64,000 nt of DNA from Acidobacteriota bacterium (GCA_963663035.1 OY760074.1:416001-480000); one strand, 5' to 3'; positions 40,095 through 50,134 are shown, numbered from the stretch's first letter. The notes: generated by a model from the sequence alone, not told the origin. Made by a program: numbers and translations.

Positions 40095-41966
40095 GTGAGC
40101 ATCCAGAGCCGACCTCAAGAAGATCTCCAACAGAACAGAGCAGAAGGTGAAATAGTCAACGACTTCAGTATCCAGGTGGCCACCGTGAATGGGTCGGGAA
40201 GTCAGTCCTCTAACAACATTTTGATGAGAGCGATTTTCCAAATGGGTGTTCCCATTAGCGGGAAGAATCTCTTCCCGTCCAATATCGCCGGTCTGCCCAC
40301 CTGGTTCACCATTCGAGCCTCGAAGGATGGATACGCGGGACGCAAAAAGGAGATCGACGCTTTGATTGCCATGAATCCACAGACGGCCAGAGAAGATGTC
40401 GAAACCCTGCAAGAATCCCGAGTGGTCATCTATGATGAGAAATTGAATCTGTCTCAGATCAGGGATGATCTGATTTACTACCCCGTACCCTTTTCGGATC
40501 TGGCAGGTCAGATAATCAAGGATGTGCGGCTGCGTAGACTGATCGCCAATATCATCTACGTGGGGAGTGCAGCTGAGCTCTTCGGTATTGAAATGGCCGA
40601 AGTGGAATCGGTGATCGCCAAGTGGTTCAAGACCAAGCAGAAAGCCATTGATCTCAATATTCAAGCTGCTCACCTGGGCGCACAATATGTGAGAGAGAAC
40701 CACACCAAGTCCGACTGCTTCCGGATCGAGCGGATGGAAAAGACCCAGGGTAAGATCATCATCGATGGAAATTCTGCATGTGCGCTGGGCAGTGTGTTCG
40801 CGGGAGCGACCGTATTGACCTGGTATCCCATCACGCCATCCAGCAGTGTGGCAGAGACCATGGCTGATTATATGGGGCGGTATCGGATGGACCCCGAGAC
40901 GGGAAAGGCCACCTTCGCAATTGTGCAGGCCGAAGATGAGCTGGCAGCCATCGGCATGGCCATTGGTGCTGGATGGGCGGGTGCTCGGTCGATGACAACT
41001 ACCTCCGGTCCGGGCATCTCCTTGATGTCGGAATTCGTTGGGTTGGCCTACTTCACCGAAATTCCGGTTGTCATTTTCGATATCCAGCGAGTCGGACCAA
41101 GCACAGGTTTGCCCACCAGAACTTCTCAGGGAGACGTTGCTGCCCTTTTCTATCTCTCGCACGGCGACACCAAGCATGTTGTCCTGTTTCCGGCCAGCAT
41201 GAAAGAGTGCTTTGATCTCTCAATACAGGCCTTCGATCTCTCTGAGCGGTTGCAACAGCCTGTCTTTGTCGCATCAGACCTGGATTTGGGAATGAACACC
41301 TGGATGTCGGATCCTTTTGACTATCCAGAGAGACCGCTTGATCGAGGGAAGGTGCTCACGGCGGAGGATCTCGAGCGTCTGGGAGGCTTTGCCCGCTATA
41401 AGGACGTTGATGGTGATGCTATACCCTATCGAACACTGCCGGGAACGGACCATCCCGCGGCTGGCTATTTTACGCGGGGCAGTGGGCACAATGAGGAGGC
41501 AAGGTATTCAGAGCGGCCGGAGGACTACCTAACGCTCATGGATCGCTTGGCCAAAAAGTACGAAACCGCAAAGAAGTTTGTGCCTGAACCCATCGTCCAA
41601 TTTAGCAATGGCGCTGAAGTCGGAATTATCACTTACGGTACAACGGATGCTGCTATGGAGGAGTGTCAGGAGCAGCTGCGCCAGGAGCAGGGAGTCGATA
41701 TTAACTATCTGAGAATTCGAGCTCTCCCCTTTACCCACCACCTCCATGAGTTTGTCAGTCGCTGCCAACGGGTCTATGTGGTGGAACAGAACCGGGACGG
41801 GCAAATGGGTGATTTAATCCGGCTCGAGGTGGGTAACGAAGAGGGGAAAATTAGAAAGGTTCTTCACTACTCAGGACTGCCCATCGACGCCAGATCCATC
41901 ACCGACCAGGTGATGGAGTATGAGAAAGGGAGCGCTCAAGGTAATCATGACGATTCGCACACCTAA
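40095..41966 (+). CDS. 2-oxoacid:ferredoxin oxidoreductase alpha subunit
   Basis: YPITPSS, QAEDELAA, TSGPG, QRVGPSTGLPT. Confidence 0.93.
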   Translation: MSIQSRPQEDLQQNRAEGEIVNDFSIQVATVNGSGSQSSNNILMRAIFQMGVPISGKNLFPSNIAGLPTWFTIRASKDGYAGRKKEIDALIAMNPQTAREDVETLQESRVVIYDEKLNLSQIRDDLIYYPVPFSDLAGQIIKDVRLRRLIANIIYVGSAAELFGIEMAEVESVIAKWFKTKQKAIDLNIQAAHLGAQYVRENHTKSDCFRIERMEKTQGKIIIDGNSACALGSVFAGATVLTWYPITPSSSVAETMADYMGRYRMDPETGKATFAIVQAEDELAAIGMAIGAGWAGARSMTTTSGPGISLMSEFVGLAYFTEIPVVIFDIQRVGPSTGLPTRTSQGDVAALFYLSHGDTKHVVLFPASMKECFDLSIQAFDLSERLQQPVFVASDLDLGMNTWMSDPFDYPERPLDRGKVLTAEDLERLGGFARYKDVDGDAIPYRTLPGTDHPAAGYFTRGSGHNEEARYSERPEDYLTLMDRLAKKYETAKKFVPEPIVQFSNGAEVGIITYGTTDAAMEECQEQLRQEQGVDINYLRIRALPFTHHLHEFVSRCQRVYVVEQNRDGQMGDLIRLEVGNEEGKIRKVLHYSGLPIDARSITDQVMEYEKGSAQGNHDDSHT

Positions 41967-42990
41967 ACCTAAGAAAGTCAACCGCGCTGGCCTGACTATC
42001 TCCGATTACAAGGGATCACCCTCTACGCTCTGCTCCGGTTGTGGTCACGATGCCATTTCCAGCCAGATCACTAAGGCCTTCTATGAAATGGGCGTCAAAC
42101 CTCATCAGGTTGCGAAGATGAGCGGAATAGGCTGCTCCAGCAAGACTCCAGCTTATTTCCTTGGCAGCTCTCACGGATTCAATGGCGTCCATGGGCGCAT
42201 GCCCTCTCTTGCCACGGGTGCCCTGCTGGGCAACCGGGACCTGATCTGTATTGGGCTCAGCGGTGACGGAGATACTGCATCCATCGGTCTGGGGCAGTTC
42301 TGTCATCTCTTGAGAAGAAACATTCCAATGATTTATGTCATTGAGAACAACGGAGTTTACGGGTTGACCAAAGGACAGTTTTCAGCCACCGCAGATATTG
42401 GCTCCAAGCAGAAGTCGGGTGTCATCAACGACCTCCCGCCCATTGACTGCTGTACTCTGGCCATTGAAATGGGGTGCAGCTATGTGGCCCGCTCCTTTGC
42501 GGGGGACCCCAAGCAGTTAGTCGCTCTTCTGCAGGGAGCTCTCAGTCACAGTGGCACAGCCATGCTGGATGTGATCAGTCCCTGCGTGACCTTTAATAAC
42601 CAAGAGAGCTCAACCAAGAGCTACAAGTGGGCGAAAGAGCACGAGGAACTCCTGCACCAAATCGACTTTGTTCCCTATTTCGAGCCTATAGAAACAGTGG
42701 AATATGCAGAGGGAGTAATGAGAGAAGTTGAAATGCATGACGGTTCCCACATCAGGCTGCGGAAGTTGAATCAAGACTATGATCCGATGAATAAAAATAG
42801 TGCTTTATCGATGCTCCGTGAGACCCGAGATTCAGGCGAGTTCTTGACGGGATTAATCTACGTCAATCCAGTGGCAAAGAACTTTCTTGACCTGCTGGAC
42901 TTGTCTGAGACGCCGTTGGCTGTCCTTGCTCAAGAGAAGGTTCGGCCGGGGCCAGAGGTCCTGGAAGAGGCCATGCGGGAGTTGATGTAG
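41947..42990 (+). CDS. 2-oxoacid:ferredoxin oxidoreductase beta subunit
   Basis: CSGCGH, SGIGCSS, HGR, GDGD, NGVYGLTKGQ. Confidence 0.93.
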   Translation: MTIRTPKPKKVNRAGLTISDYKGSPSTLCSGCGHDAISSQITKAFYEMGVKPHQVAKMSGIGCSSKTPAYFLGSSHGFNGVHGRMPSLATGALLGNRDLICIGLSGDGDTASIGLGQFCHLLRRNIPMIYVIENNGVYGLTKGQFSATADIGSKQKSGVINDLPPIDCCTLAIEMGCSYVARSFAGDPKQLVALLQGALSHSGTAMLDVISPCVTFNNQESSTKSYKWAKEHEELLHQIDFVPYFEPIETVEYAEGVMREVEMHDGSHIRLRKLNQDYDPMNKNSALSMLRETRDSGEFLTGLIYVNPVAKNFLDLLDLSETPLAVLAQEKVRPGPEVLEEAMRELM

Positions 42991-43038
42991 AATCACTCCC
43001 GCTTTTCAACTTTCCCGTCAATCCGGCACCTATTGAGC

Positions 43039-45390
43039 ATGACTCAATCGCTGCATTCTGTTGGCATCCTCGGTGCCGGGACCATGGGCGCCCAGATTAG
43101 TGCCCATTTTGCCAATGTCGGGGTCAGGACCCTTCTCCTGGATCTCCCCTCAGAGGGATCAGATCGCAATACTCTGGCGCGCCAGGCTGTCGAGCGCCTC
43201 TCCTCAATAAAACCACCCCCACTCTTCTCACCCCAAAAAGTGAGTCAGATCCAGGTGGGCAACTTTGAAGATGATCTGACCAGTCTTTCTTCCTGCCAGT
43301 GGATCATCGAATGTGTGGTTGAAAAAATCGAGATCAAACACAACCTCTGGGAGAAGGTGGAACCTCACCTCAGCTCTGGCACCATCGTCTCCACCAACAG
43401 CAGCGGATTGTCGGTGGCCAGGATCGCACAAGGACGCTCGGAGGATTTTCAAAGACACTGGCTGGGCACTCACTTCTTCAATCCTCCGCGATACATGAGA
43501 CTGCTGGAGTTGATCCCTACTGCCAGCACCTTGCCGGAAGTGGTCAAAGCTGTTGCCTCCCTTGGAGATCGGCTGCTGGGCAAGGGAATCGTGATCGCCA
43601 AGGATCGCCCTAACTTTGTAGCCAATCGCATCGGTGCTTTCGTGGCGATGCGAGCCATGGGACTCATGGAAGAGCTAGACCTGAGCATCGAGGAGGTCGA
43701 CACGTTGACAGGACCTGTGATGGGCTTCCCCAAGACCGGAACCTTTCGCCTGGGGGATCTGGTTGGTATCGATATCATGCTCGATGTGGTGGAAAATCTT
43801 TACCAAAACCTGCCGGAGGATTCCTGGAGAGAGAGCTTTCGTCCACCCGCCCTTTATGTGCAGCTGTTGGAGCGTGGCTGGAAAGGGCTGAAAACAGGAC
43901 AGGGGTTTTACAAAAAAGAGGGGAAGGAGATTCTGGTTCTGGATCCTGAGACCTTCGAGTACCAAAGCCGGAAGAGGGCGAAGATCCCATCTGTTGAAAA
44001 GGTTCGCAATGAATCCAGCACGATTAAGCGAATTCAGAGCCTCTTGAAGTCAAAAGATAAGGCCGGAGCTTTTCTTTGGCCCTTTCTCCGCGACATCTTT
44101 TTATACTCGGCCGAGCGGGTCCCCGAGATCACCGATGAGTACTATCAGATCGACCGAGCCATGAGGTGGGGCTTCAATTGGGAGTTTGGCCCCTTTGAAC
44201 TGTGGCAGGAGTTGGGTCTGGAAGAGATAGTGGAACGGATAGGCGAGGATGGCAAGGTGCTCCCGGAATGGGTGGAAGAGCTTCAAAAGGGTGAGCAAAA
44301 GCGCTTTTACAGTGTGGACGCCGATCAGCAACTGTTCTTCGATCTGGGGAGTCGGAAGTTCCAGGGCCTGGACCAAGATCCGGATAAGATTCAGCTCACC
44401 ATTCTCAAGCGACAAAACAAAGTCGTTCGTTCAAATTCGGGAGCCAGCTTGGTGGATCTTGGTGAAGGCGTGGTCTGTCTTGAATTTCACAGTAAGTTGA
44501 ATGCAATCGGTGCTGACATCGTGAATATGGCTCGCTGGGCTGTTGAGGAGGTAGAAAAAAACTTTCTGGGACTTGTCATCGCTAATCAGGGAGAAAACTT
44601 TTCGGTCGGGGCCAATTTGATGCTTCTGCTGCTGGAGGCTCAAGAGGGGAACCGGGAGGAGATCGATCAAATGGTTCGGGACTTCCAAAGAATGACCCTG
44701 TCCTTTCGATATTCCCCCAAGCCGGTTGTGGCTGCTCCTTTCCAACGAGTGCTGGGAGGGGGAGCTGAGATCTGTTTGGGATGTGACGCGGTGGTAGCCT
44801 CCTCAGAAACTTACATGGGACTTGTTGAGGTGGGAGTTGGCCTGGTGCCTGCTGGCGGCGGGGTCAAGGAAATGCTGATTCGTCATATCAGTGACGCTCA
44901 GTTGATTCCGGGTGCGGATCTTCTTCCGGCCGTCAAGAGGGCCTTTCAAACCATTGGCACAGCAACGGTCAGTCGAAGTGGTGAAGATGCCAGGAGGCTG
45001 CAATTCCTGCGTCCAACTGACGTCGTTGAGATCAATTCTGAGCGGCTAATCGGCAGGGCGAAGCAACGGGTCATCAGCTTGGCTGAAGGGGGCTATGTCC
45101 AGCCCGAGCAGCAGCAGAACATTCCAGTCCTGGGCAACTCCGCTCTGGCCGTCTTAAAGGTGGGGCTCCACCTCATGAGGCGAGCCGGATACATCTCAGA
45201 TCACGACGCGCTAATAGGGAAAAAGCTCGCCTACATTCTCACGGGCGGTGACACCAACCATGCGACAACCGTTTCTGAACAGTACCTGCTAGATCTCGAG
45301 CGGGAGGCCTTTCTCTCCCTGTGTGGAGAAAGAAAGACACTGGAACGAATTCAGCACACCCTCAAAACCGGCAAGCCGCTTAGAAATTAG
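43039..45390 (+). CDS. 3-hydroxyacyl-CoA dehydrogenase/enoyl-CoA hydratase (FadN-like)
   Basis: GAGTMG, HFFNPPRYM, FSVGANL, GLVEVGVG, TGKPLRN. Confidence 0.92.
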   Translation: MTQSLHSVGILGAGTMGAQISAHFANVGVRTLLLDLPSEGSDRNTLARQAVERLSSIKPPPLFSPQKVSQIQVGNFEDDLTSLSSCQWIIECVVEKIEIKHNLWEKVEPHLSSGTIVSTNSSGLSVARIAQGRSEDFQRHWLGTHFFNPPRYMRLLELIPTASTLPEVVKAVASLGDRLLGKGIVIAKDRPNFVANRIGAFVAMRAMGLMEELDLSIEEVDTLTGPVMGFPKTGTFRLGDLVGIDIMLDVVENLYQNLPEDSWRESFRPPALYVQLLERGWKGLKTGQGFYKKEGKEILVLDPETFEYQSRKRAKIPSVEKVRNESSTIKRIQSLLKSKDKAGAFLWPFLRDIFLYSAERVPEITDEYYQIDRAMRWGFNWEFGPFELWQELGLEEIVERIGEDGKVLPEWVEELQKGEQKRFYSVDADQQLFFDLGSRKFQGLDQDPDKIQLTILKRQNKVVRSNSGASLVDLGEGVVCLEFHSKLNAIGADIVNMARWAVEEVEKNFLGLVIANQGENFSVGANLMLLLLEAQEGNREEIDQMVRDFQRMTLSFRYSPKPVVAAPFQRVLGGGAEICLGCDAVVASSETYMGLVEVGVGLVPAGGGVKEMLIRHISDAQLIPGADLLPAVKRAFQTIGTATVSRSGEDARRLQFLRPTDVVEINSERLIGRAKQRVISLAEGGYVQPEQQQNIPVLGNSALAVLKVGLHLMRRAGYISDHDALIGKKLAYILTGGDTNHATTVSEQYLLDLEREAFLSLCGERKTLERIQHTLKTGKPLRN

Positions 45391-45530
45391 GAGGTAGGAG
45401 GCAGGAGTCAGGAGGCAGGAGACTAACCACCGCCGACCTTCGGCCGGCGGAAATTCAAAATTCCAAAGCCCAAATCCCAAACAAACTCGAAGTCCGAAAC
45501 CTGGAACGCGCGCGAAGCGCGCTAAATCCT
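45382..45530. repeat. Composite repeat: (AGGAGNY)x5, GC hairpin, CAAATCC-type heptamers, GCGAAGC mini-hairpin
   Basis: Direct reading immediately at and after the fadN stop. Confidence 0.8.
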
Positions 45531-45845
45531 ACCTCCTACCTCCTGCCTCCTGCCTCCTACCTCCTACCTCCTACCTCCTACCTCCTACCTCCTACCTCCT
45601 GCCTCCTACCTCCTACCTCCTACCTCCTACCTCCTACCTCCTACCTCCTACCTCCTACCTCCTACCTCCTACCTCCTACCTCCTACCTCCTACCTCCTAC
45701 CTCCTACCTCCTACCTCCTACCTCCTACCTCCTACCTCCTACCTCCTACCTCCTACCTCCTACCTCCTGCCTCCTACCTCCTACCTCCTACCTCCTGCCT
45801 CCTACCTCCTACCTCCTACCTCCTACCTCCTACCCCCTCCCTCCT
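45531..45845. repeat. 45-unit heptamer tandem array (ACCTCCT)n
   Basis: 38 ACCTCCT, 5 GCCTCCT and 2 degenerate terminal units in perfect 7-bp register (manual count). Confidence 0.97.
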
Positions 45846-45854
45846 ACTTTTCCC

Positions 45855-45883
45855 TTGACTGTTCTGTTTTAGTGTGTTAAAAC
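45855..45883 (+). promoter_or_regulatory. his operon promoter with overlapping palindromic operator
   Basis: TTGACT-N17-TAAAAC ending 6 bp before the ATG; palindrome GTTTTA-GTGTGT-TAAAAC at 45866-45883. Confidence 0.7.
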
Positions 45884-45889
45884 GTTAGC

Positions 45890-46198
45890 ATGGAACGAGA
45901 ATTGGAGACCGATTCGAGTGTGCAGGAGTTGTTCGAGGCCATTGCTCACCTCAAGGACCCGGCCGAGTGTGCCCGCTTCTTTCGGGACTTGTGCACCCTG
46001 CCCGAGTTAAAGGCCATGGCCGAGCGATGGAAAGTCGCTGGGATGGTGTCCGAGAATATCCCTTACCGAAAGATTAGCTTTCGCACAGGTGCGAGTACGG
46101 CCACCATCACCCGTATTGCCCACTGGTTGAATTATGGTGAGGGGGGATACCGATTGATGCTGGAGCGTGCAGAGAAGCGGAAGAAGAGTAAGAGATGA
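45890..46198 (+). CDS. YerC/YecD family TrpR-related repressor (HisR-like)
   Basis: FFRDLCT..ELKAMAERW, YRKI...TGASTATITRIA..LNYGEGGY. Confidence 0.9.
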   Translation: MERELETDSSVQELFEAIAHLKDPAECARFFRDLCTLPELKAMAERWKVAGMVSENIPYRKISFRTGASTATITRIAHWLNYGEGGYRLMLERAEKRKKSKR

Positions 46199-47073
46199 AG
46201 TTAAACGGTGAGAAGTTAAAGATTACGGTGCAGAAAACGGGCCGCTTGGGGGAGCCTTCCAGGCAACTGCTCAAGTCCATTGGCCTGGATTTTGAGTCTG
46301 ACGAAGGACGATTGTTCTCGCCCTGCGTGAATTTTCCACTGGACATCCTTTTTCTGCGTGACGACGACATTCCGGAGTACGTTCAGGATGGGATCACTGA
46401 TCTCGGCATCGTGGGACTGAATGTCGTCCAGGAGAAGGCTGCCCAGGTGGTCCAACTGGATGCCCTCGGCTTTGGGACCTGCAATTTGTCGCTTGCTGTG
46501 CCCAAAAACAGCTCCTTTCAAAGTGTCTACGACCTGAAGGATAAGCGCATCGCCACTTCTCATCCTCGAATACTGGAAGACTTTCTTGAGAAGAGAAAAG
46601 TCAAGGCTCGAATAATTGAGATTAGTGGGTCGGTAGAAATCACCCCAAGTCTCGATGTGGCCGACGCCATCTGTGATTTAGTTTCAACAGGAAGCACTTT
46701 GCGCATCAACGAGCTGCGGCCGATTGAGATCATTCTGAAGTCAGAAGCTTTTTTAATTGCCAATGCCCAAGCTCTGCAGGACCCCACACGCAAAGAGCTG
46801 ACCGAACGGCTTCGGGTGCGCTTTCAGGCACACCTCAGAGCCCGCAGGACGAAATATGTGATGATGAATGCTCCCAAAGGGGCCCTGGAAGAGATCAAGG
46901 GTATCTTGCCTGGGATGAAAAGTCCCACGGTTGTGCCCTTGGCCGAAAAGGACATGCTGGCCATTCACTCCGCGGTTCCAGAGGAGCTTTTCTGGGATGT
47001 CATCGAAAAACTGAGGAAGGCCGGTGCTTCCGACATTCTCGTCGTCCCCATAGAGAAGATGGTGGTGGAATGA
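46195..47073 (+). CDS. hisG: ATP phosphoribosyltransferase (long form)
   Basis: QKTGRL, RDDDIP, GSVE, DLVSTGSTL, PGMKSPTV. Confidence 0.96.
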   Translation: MKLNGEKLKITVQKTGRLGEPSRQLLKSIGLDFESDEGRLFSPCVNFPLDILFLRDDDIPEYVQDGITDLGIVGLNVVQEKAAQVVQLDALGFGTCNLSLAVPKNSSFQSVYDLKDKRIATSHPRILEDFLEKRKVKARIIEISGSVEITPSLDVADAICDLVSTGSTLRINELRPIEIILKSEAFLIANAQALQDPTRKELTERLRVRFQAHLRARRTKYVMMNAPKGALEEIKGILPGMKSPTVVPLAEKDMLAIHSAVPEELFWDVIEKLRKAGASDILVVPIEKMVVE

Positions 47074-48380
47074 AATCCTATCGACTGGCAGACCTGAGCC
47101 AGGAGGACCTCAAAAAGTTGTGCCGGCGCAATCCCATTGCTGATCCGTCAGTGATGGAAACCTGCCGCAGTATTTTCGATGATGTCTCTCGACTGGGTGA
47201 TGAAGCCGTTCGGGAGTGTACGCGTCGCTTTGACGGCGTGGATCTGTCGGAACTTCGAGTCTCGAGCCAGGAGTTTTCTCAGGCTGAAGAGTGCGTCTCG
47301 AGCCCGGCTGTAAAGGCGCTGGAGAGGGCGGCACAAAACATCCGCAAGTTTCACACTGCCCAGCAGATTTCCGAAGGGCCGGTAGAGGTCGAGCCGGGAG
47401 TTCGCTGTTGGCGAGAAGCCCGTGCCATTGAGTCAGTTGGACTCTATGTTCCAGGTGGGAATGCGGTTCTCCCTTCCACTGTTCTCATGCTTGGAATTCC
47501 TGCTCGACTGGCAGGTTGTCAAGAGATCCAGTTGTGTGTGCCTCCTCGCCAGGACGGTACCGTGTCCCCTGAAGTGCTGCTTGCCGCACAAATCTCGGGT
47601 CTCAGCCAGGTTTTTAAGATAGGCGGTGCGCAGGCCATCGCCGCCATGGCTCTGGGAACCGAGACGGTCCCCAGAGTGGTTAAAATTGTGGGGCCCGGCA
47701 ATCGCTGGGTCCAGACGGCTAAATTACTGGCTGTGCTCAAAGGGGTTGCCATTGACATGGTGGCTGGTCCAACGGAGGTTCTGGTCGTTGCCGATGAATC
47801 GGCTTCGCCTCCATTGATCGCCAGTGACCTGATATCTCAGGCTGAACACGGAAGCGACAGTCGGGCCATTTTGGTGTCGACCTCAGGGGAGGTTCTGGAG
47901 GAAGTGATCCAGCTGGTGGAGCATCAAGTCCAGGATCTACCCCGCAGGGACTTAGCCTCGAAGGCGCTGGGCGAGAGTTTTGCTGTGCTGGCGCAGTCCA
48001 TGGATGCAGTCTTCGATTTCGTCAATCTGTATGCTCCGGAGCACTTGATTTTGCATCTGGAAGCCCCCAGGAAATGGATGAAGAAGGTTCGAAGCGCCGG
48101 ATCGGTCTTTCTGGGCGCCTGGTCCCCTGAAGTTGCCGGGGACTATGCTTCCGGGACCAATCACACGCTGCCCACCTCGGGTCTCGCCCAGGCCTTTTCG
48201 GGCGTGTCTCTGGATACCTTCGTCAAGAAGATTACTTTCCAGGAATTAACTCAAGAGGGGCTCCGGGAACTCGCACCCACCTTGGAAGCCTTGGCCGAAC
48301 TGGAGGGCCTGGAGGGGCATCGGCGTGCAGTTCGCGCCAGGCTAGAAAATAGGAGTCAGGAGTCAGGAGACAGGAGGTAG
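47070..48380 (+). CDS. hisD: Histidinol dehydrogenase
   Basis: GLYVPGG, GGAQAI, GPGN, QAEH, APEHL, GDYASGTNHTLPT. Confidence 0.96.
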   Translation: MKSYRLADLSQEDLKKLCRRNPIADPSVMETCRSIFDDVSRLGDEAVRECTRRFDGVDLSELRVSSQEFSQAEECVSSPAVKALERAAQNIRKFHTAQQISEGPVEVEPGVRCWREARAIESVGLYVPGGNAVLPSTVLMLGIPARLAGCQEIQLCVPPRQDGTVSPEVLLAAQISGLSQVFKIGGAQAIAAMALGTETVPRVVKIVGPGNRWVQTAKLLAVLKGVAIDMVAGPTEVLVVADESASPPLIASDLISQAEHGSDSRAILVSTSGEVLEEVIQLVEHQVQDLPRRDLASKALGESFAVLAQSMDAVFDFVNLYAPEHLILHLEAPRKWMKKVRSAGSVFLGAWSPEVAGDYASGTNHTLPTSGLAQAFSGVSLDTFVKKITFQELTQEGLRELAPTLEALAELEGLEGHRRAVRARLENRSQESGDRR

Positions 48381-48461
48381 GAGGCAACAGACAAGAGACC
48401 GCTGACAACACAATGCTGACAACTGACAATTGGCAGCAGAGAACAGAGAAGAGAAAACAGA
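48351..48461. repeat. Mixed heptamer arrays (AGGAGNY, CTGACAA, AGAGAAC) spanning the hisD stop
   Basis: Direct reading. Confidence 0.8.
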
Positions 48462-48477
48462 TCACTGGAACTTGAAG

Positions 48478-49530
48478 ATGGACGTTACCGCCCTCATGAG
48501 ACCCAATATCCTGTCACTAGAGCCGTATCACTCTGCCCGGGAGACAATCCAAGAAGGTATTCTGCTCGATGCCAACGAAAGTCCCTTCACTCAGGAGTGG
48601 CAAGGTATCGGATTGAACCGCTATCCAGACCCCTATCAGAGAAAGCTGCGCAAGGCCATTGCTCAATACCTGGGGGTGAAGATGGACAACGTTTTGGCAG
48701 GAGCGGGTTCCGATGAGGTTCTGGACTGGATTTTTAAGGTGTTTTGCCAGCCCGGGAAAGACCGCGTTGCTATTGCAGAGCCGACCTACGGGATGTACCG
48801 AGTGACAGCCAACATCTTTGGCATCCCCTGTTTTGAGTTCCCCTTCGACAAGAGATTTGACTTCCGTGCAGAGCGGTTCCTGGAAGTGGTTCCCGCCAAC
48901 ACGAAGGTTCTGTTTTTGTGCTCACCCAACAACCCAACTGGGAACTTGCTGGATCGTGACCAGATTCTCCAGCTCTCGCGAAAATGGAAGAAGATCGTGG
49001 TGGTCGACGAGGCTTATATCGAGTTTGCAGAGCACTCTTCGCTGGTGGCTGATCTGGATGGGATTCCCAATCTGATTCTTCTCAGGACGCTGTCAAAAGC
49101 TTTTGGACGGGCGGGAATCCGCCTTGGCTATGCGGTCGCTTCCCCAGAGGTTGTTGCCCATTTCTTGAAGGTAAAGGCTCCCTATAACTTGAGTGCCCTG
49201 ACCATGGAGAACGGATGCCAGGTGCTCGGAGAGTCTGAAGGCCACTTACGCTGGGTACAGGAGATTCGAAGGGAGCGTGAGAGAGTGGCCGCCCAGCTGA
49301 GTGAAATGCCGCAAATCGAACAGGTCTTTTCTTCTCAGGCCAATTTTTTACTTTTTCGTTCTCCTCAGGCCTCTCTGATTTGCGACCGGCTTCTGGAGAA
49401 GCAGATAGTTGTGCGAGACCGAAGTTCGCTAACCGGGCTGGAAAATTGTATTCGAGTGAGTATAGGGACCGCATCGGAAAATGATTTGTTCCTCGGTGAA
49501 TTACAAAGAATTGTGAAGGGGAGTTTATGA
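48478..49530 (+). CDS. hisC: Histidinol-phosphate aminotransferase
   Basis: LDANE, NRYPD, GSDE, PNNPTG, DEAY, RTLSKAFG. Confidence 0.95.
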   Translation: MDVTALMRPNILSLEPYHSARETIQEGILLDANESPFTQEWQGIGLNRYPDPYQRKLRKAIAQYLGVKMDNVLAGAGSDEVLDWIFKVFCQPGKDRVAIAEPTYGMYRVTANIFGIPCFEFPFDKRFDFRAERFLEVVPANTKVLFLCSPNNPTGNLLDRDQILQLSRKWKKIVVVDEAYIEFAEHSSLVADLDGIPNLILLRTLSKAFGRAGIRLGYAVASPEVVAHFLKVKAPYNLSALTMENGCQVLGESEGHLRWVQEIRRERERVAAQLSEMPQIEQVFSSQANFLLFRSPQASLICDRLLEKQIVVRDRSSLTGLENCIRVSIGTASENDLFLGELQRIVKGSL

Positions 49531-50123
49531 GCCAACGCACTGTATCAGTCAAAAGAGAGACACGTGAAACCAAAATTGAGATTGATTTGAATCTGGACGG
49601 ACAAGGCAAGTGCACCTGCTCAGTCGGTCTGGGATTTCTCGAGCATATGCTCGAACTGTTGGCAGCTCATGCCCGGATCGATCTGAAGGTCCAGGCTCAG
49701 GGTGATGTGGAAGTGGATGATCATCATCTCACGGAGGATTTGGGAATTACCTTAGGCCAGGCCATCGATAAGGCTCTTGGAACGAAAGAGGGGATCCAGA
49801 GATATGGGTTTGTACTGCTTCCCATGGATGAAGTCCTGGTTGCCGTGGCTGTAGACGTGGGGGGGCGCTTTGCTTTTTGCTGTGACTACCAACCCCAAAG
49901 GGAGCGAGTCGGCGATCTTTCGACTGAGTTGATACCTCACTTTTTTAAATCCCTGGCCATCGCTGCAAAGTGCAATCTGCATTTCAATTTTCTTAATCGG
50001 GGCGAAAATGAGCACCATCGTATTGAGGCAATGTTCAAAGGCTTCGCGAGATCGCTGCGGATGGCTGTTGAGATTGACCGCGGGGCGAAAGGGCAGATTC
50101 CATCAACAAAGGGAGTGCTGTAA
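49527..50123 (+). CDS. hisB: Imidazoleglycerol-phosphate dehydratase
   Basis: RETRET, DDHHLTED, PMDE, NEHHRIEAMFK, IPSTKGVL. Confidence 0.96.
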   Translation: MSQRTVSVKRETRETKIEIDLNLDGQGKCTCSVGLGFLEHMLELLAAHARIDLKVQAQGDVEVDDHHLTEDLGITLGQAIDKALGTKEGIQRYGFVLLPMDEVLVAVAVDVGGRFAFCCDYQPQRERVGDLSTELIPHFFKSLAIAAKCNLHFNFLNRGENEHHRIEAMFKGFARSLRMAVEIDRGAKGQIPSTKGVL

Positions 50124-50134
50124 GCAAGAGAGTA

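Noticed and set aside
45531-45845. CRISPR array
   Set aside because: Contiguous 7-bp units with no unique spacers and no cas genes
45391-45889. His leader-peptide attenuator
   Set aside because: No short ORF with a His-codon run; the promoter lies directly at the repressor ATG
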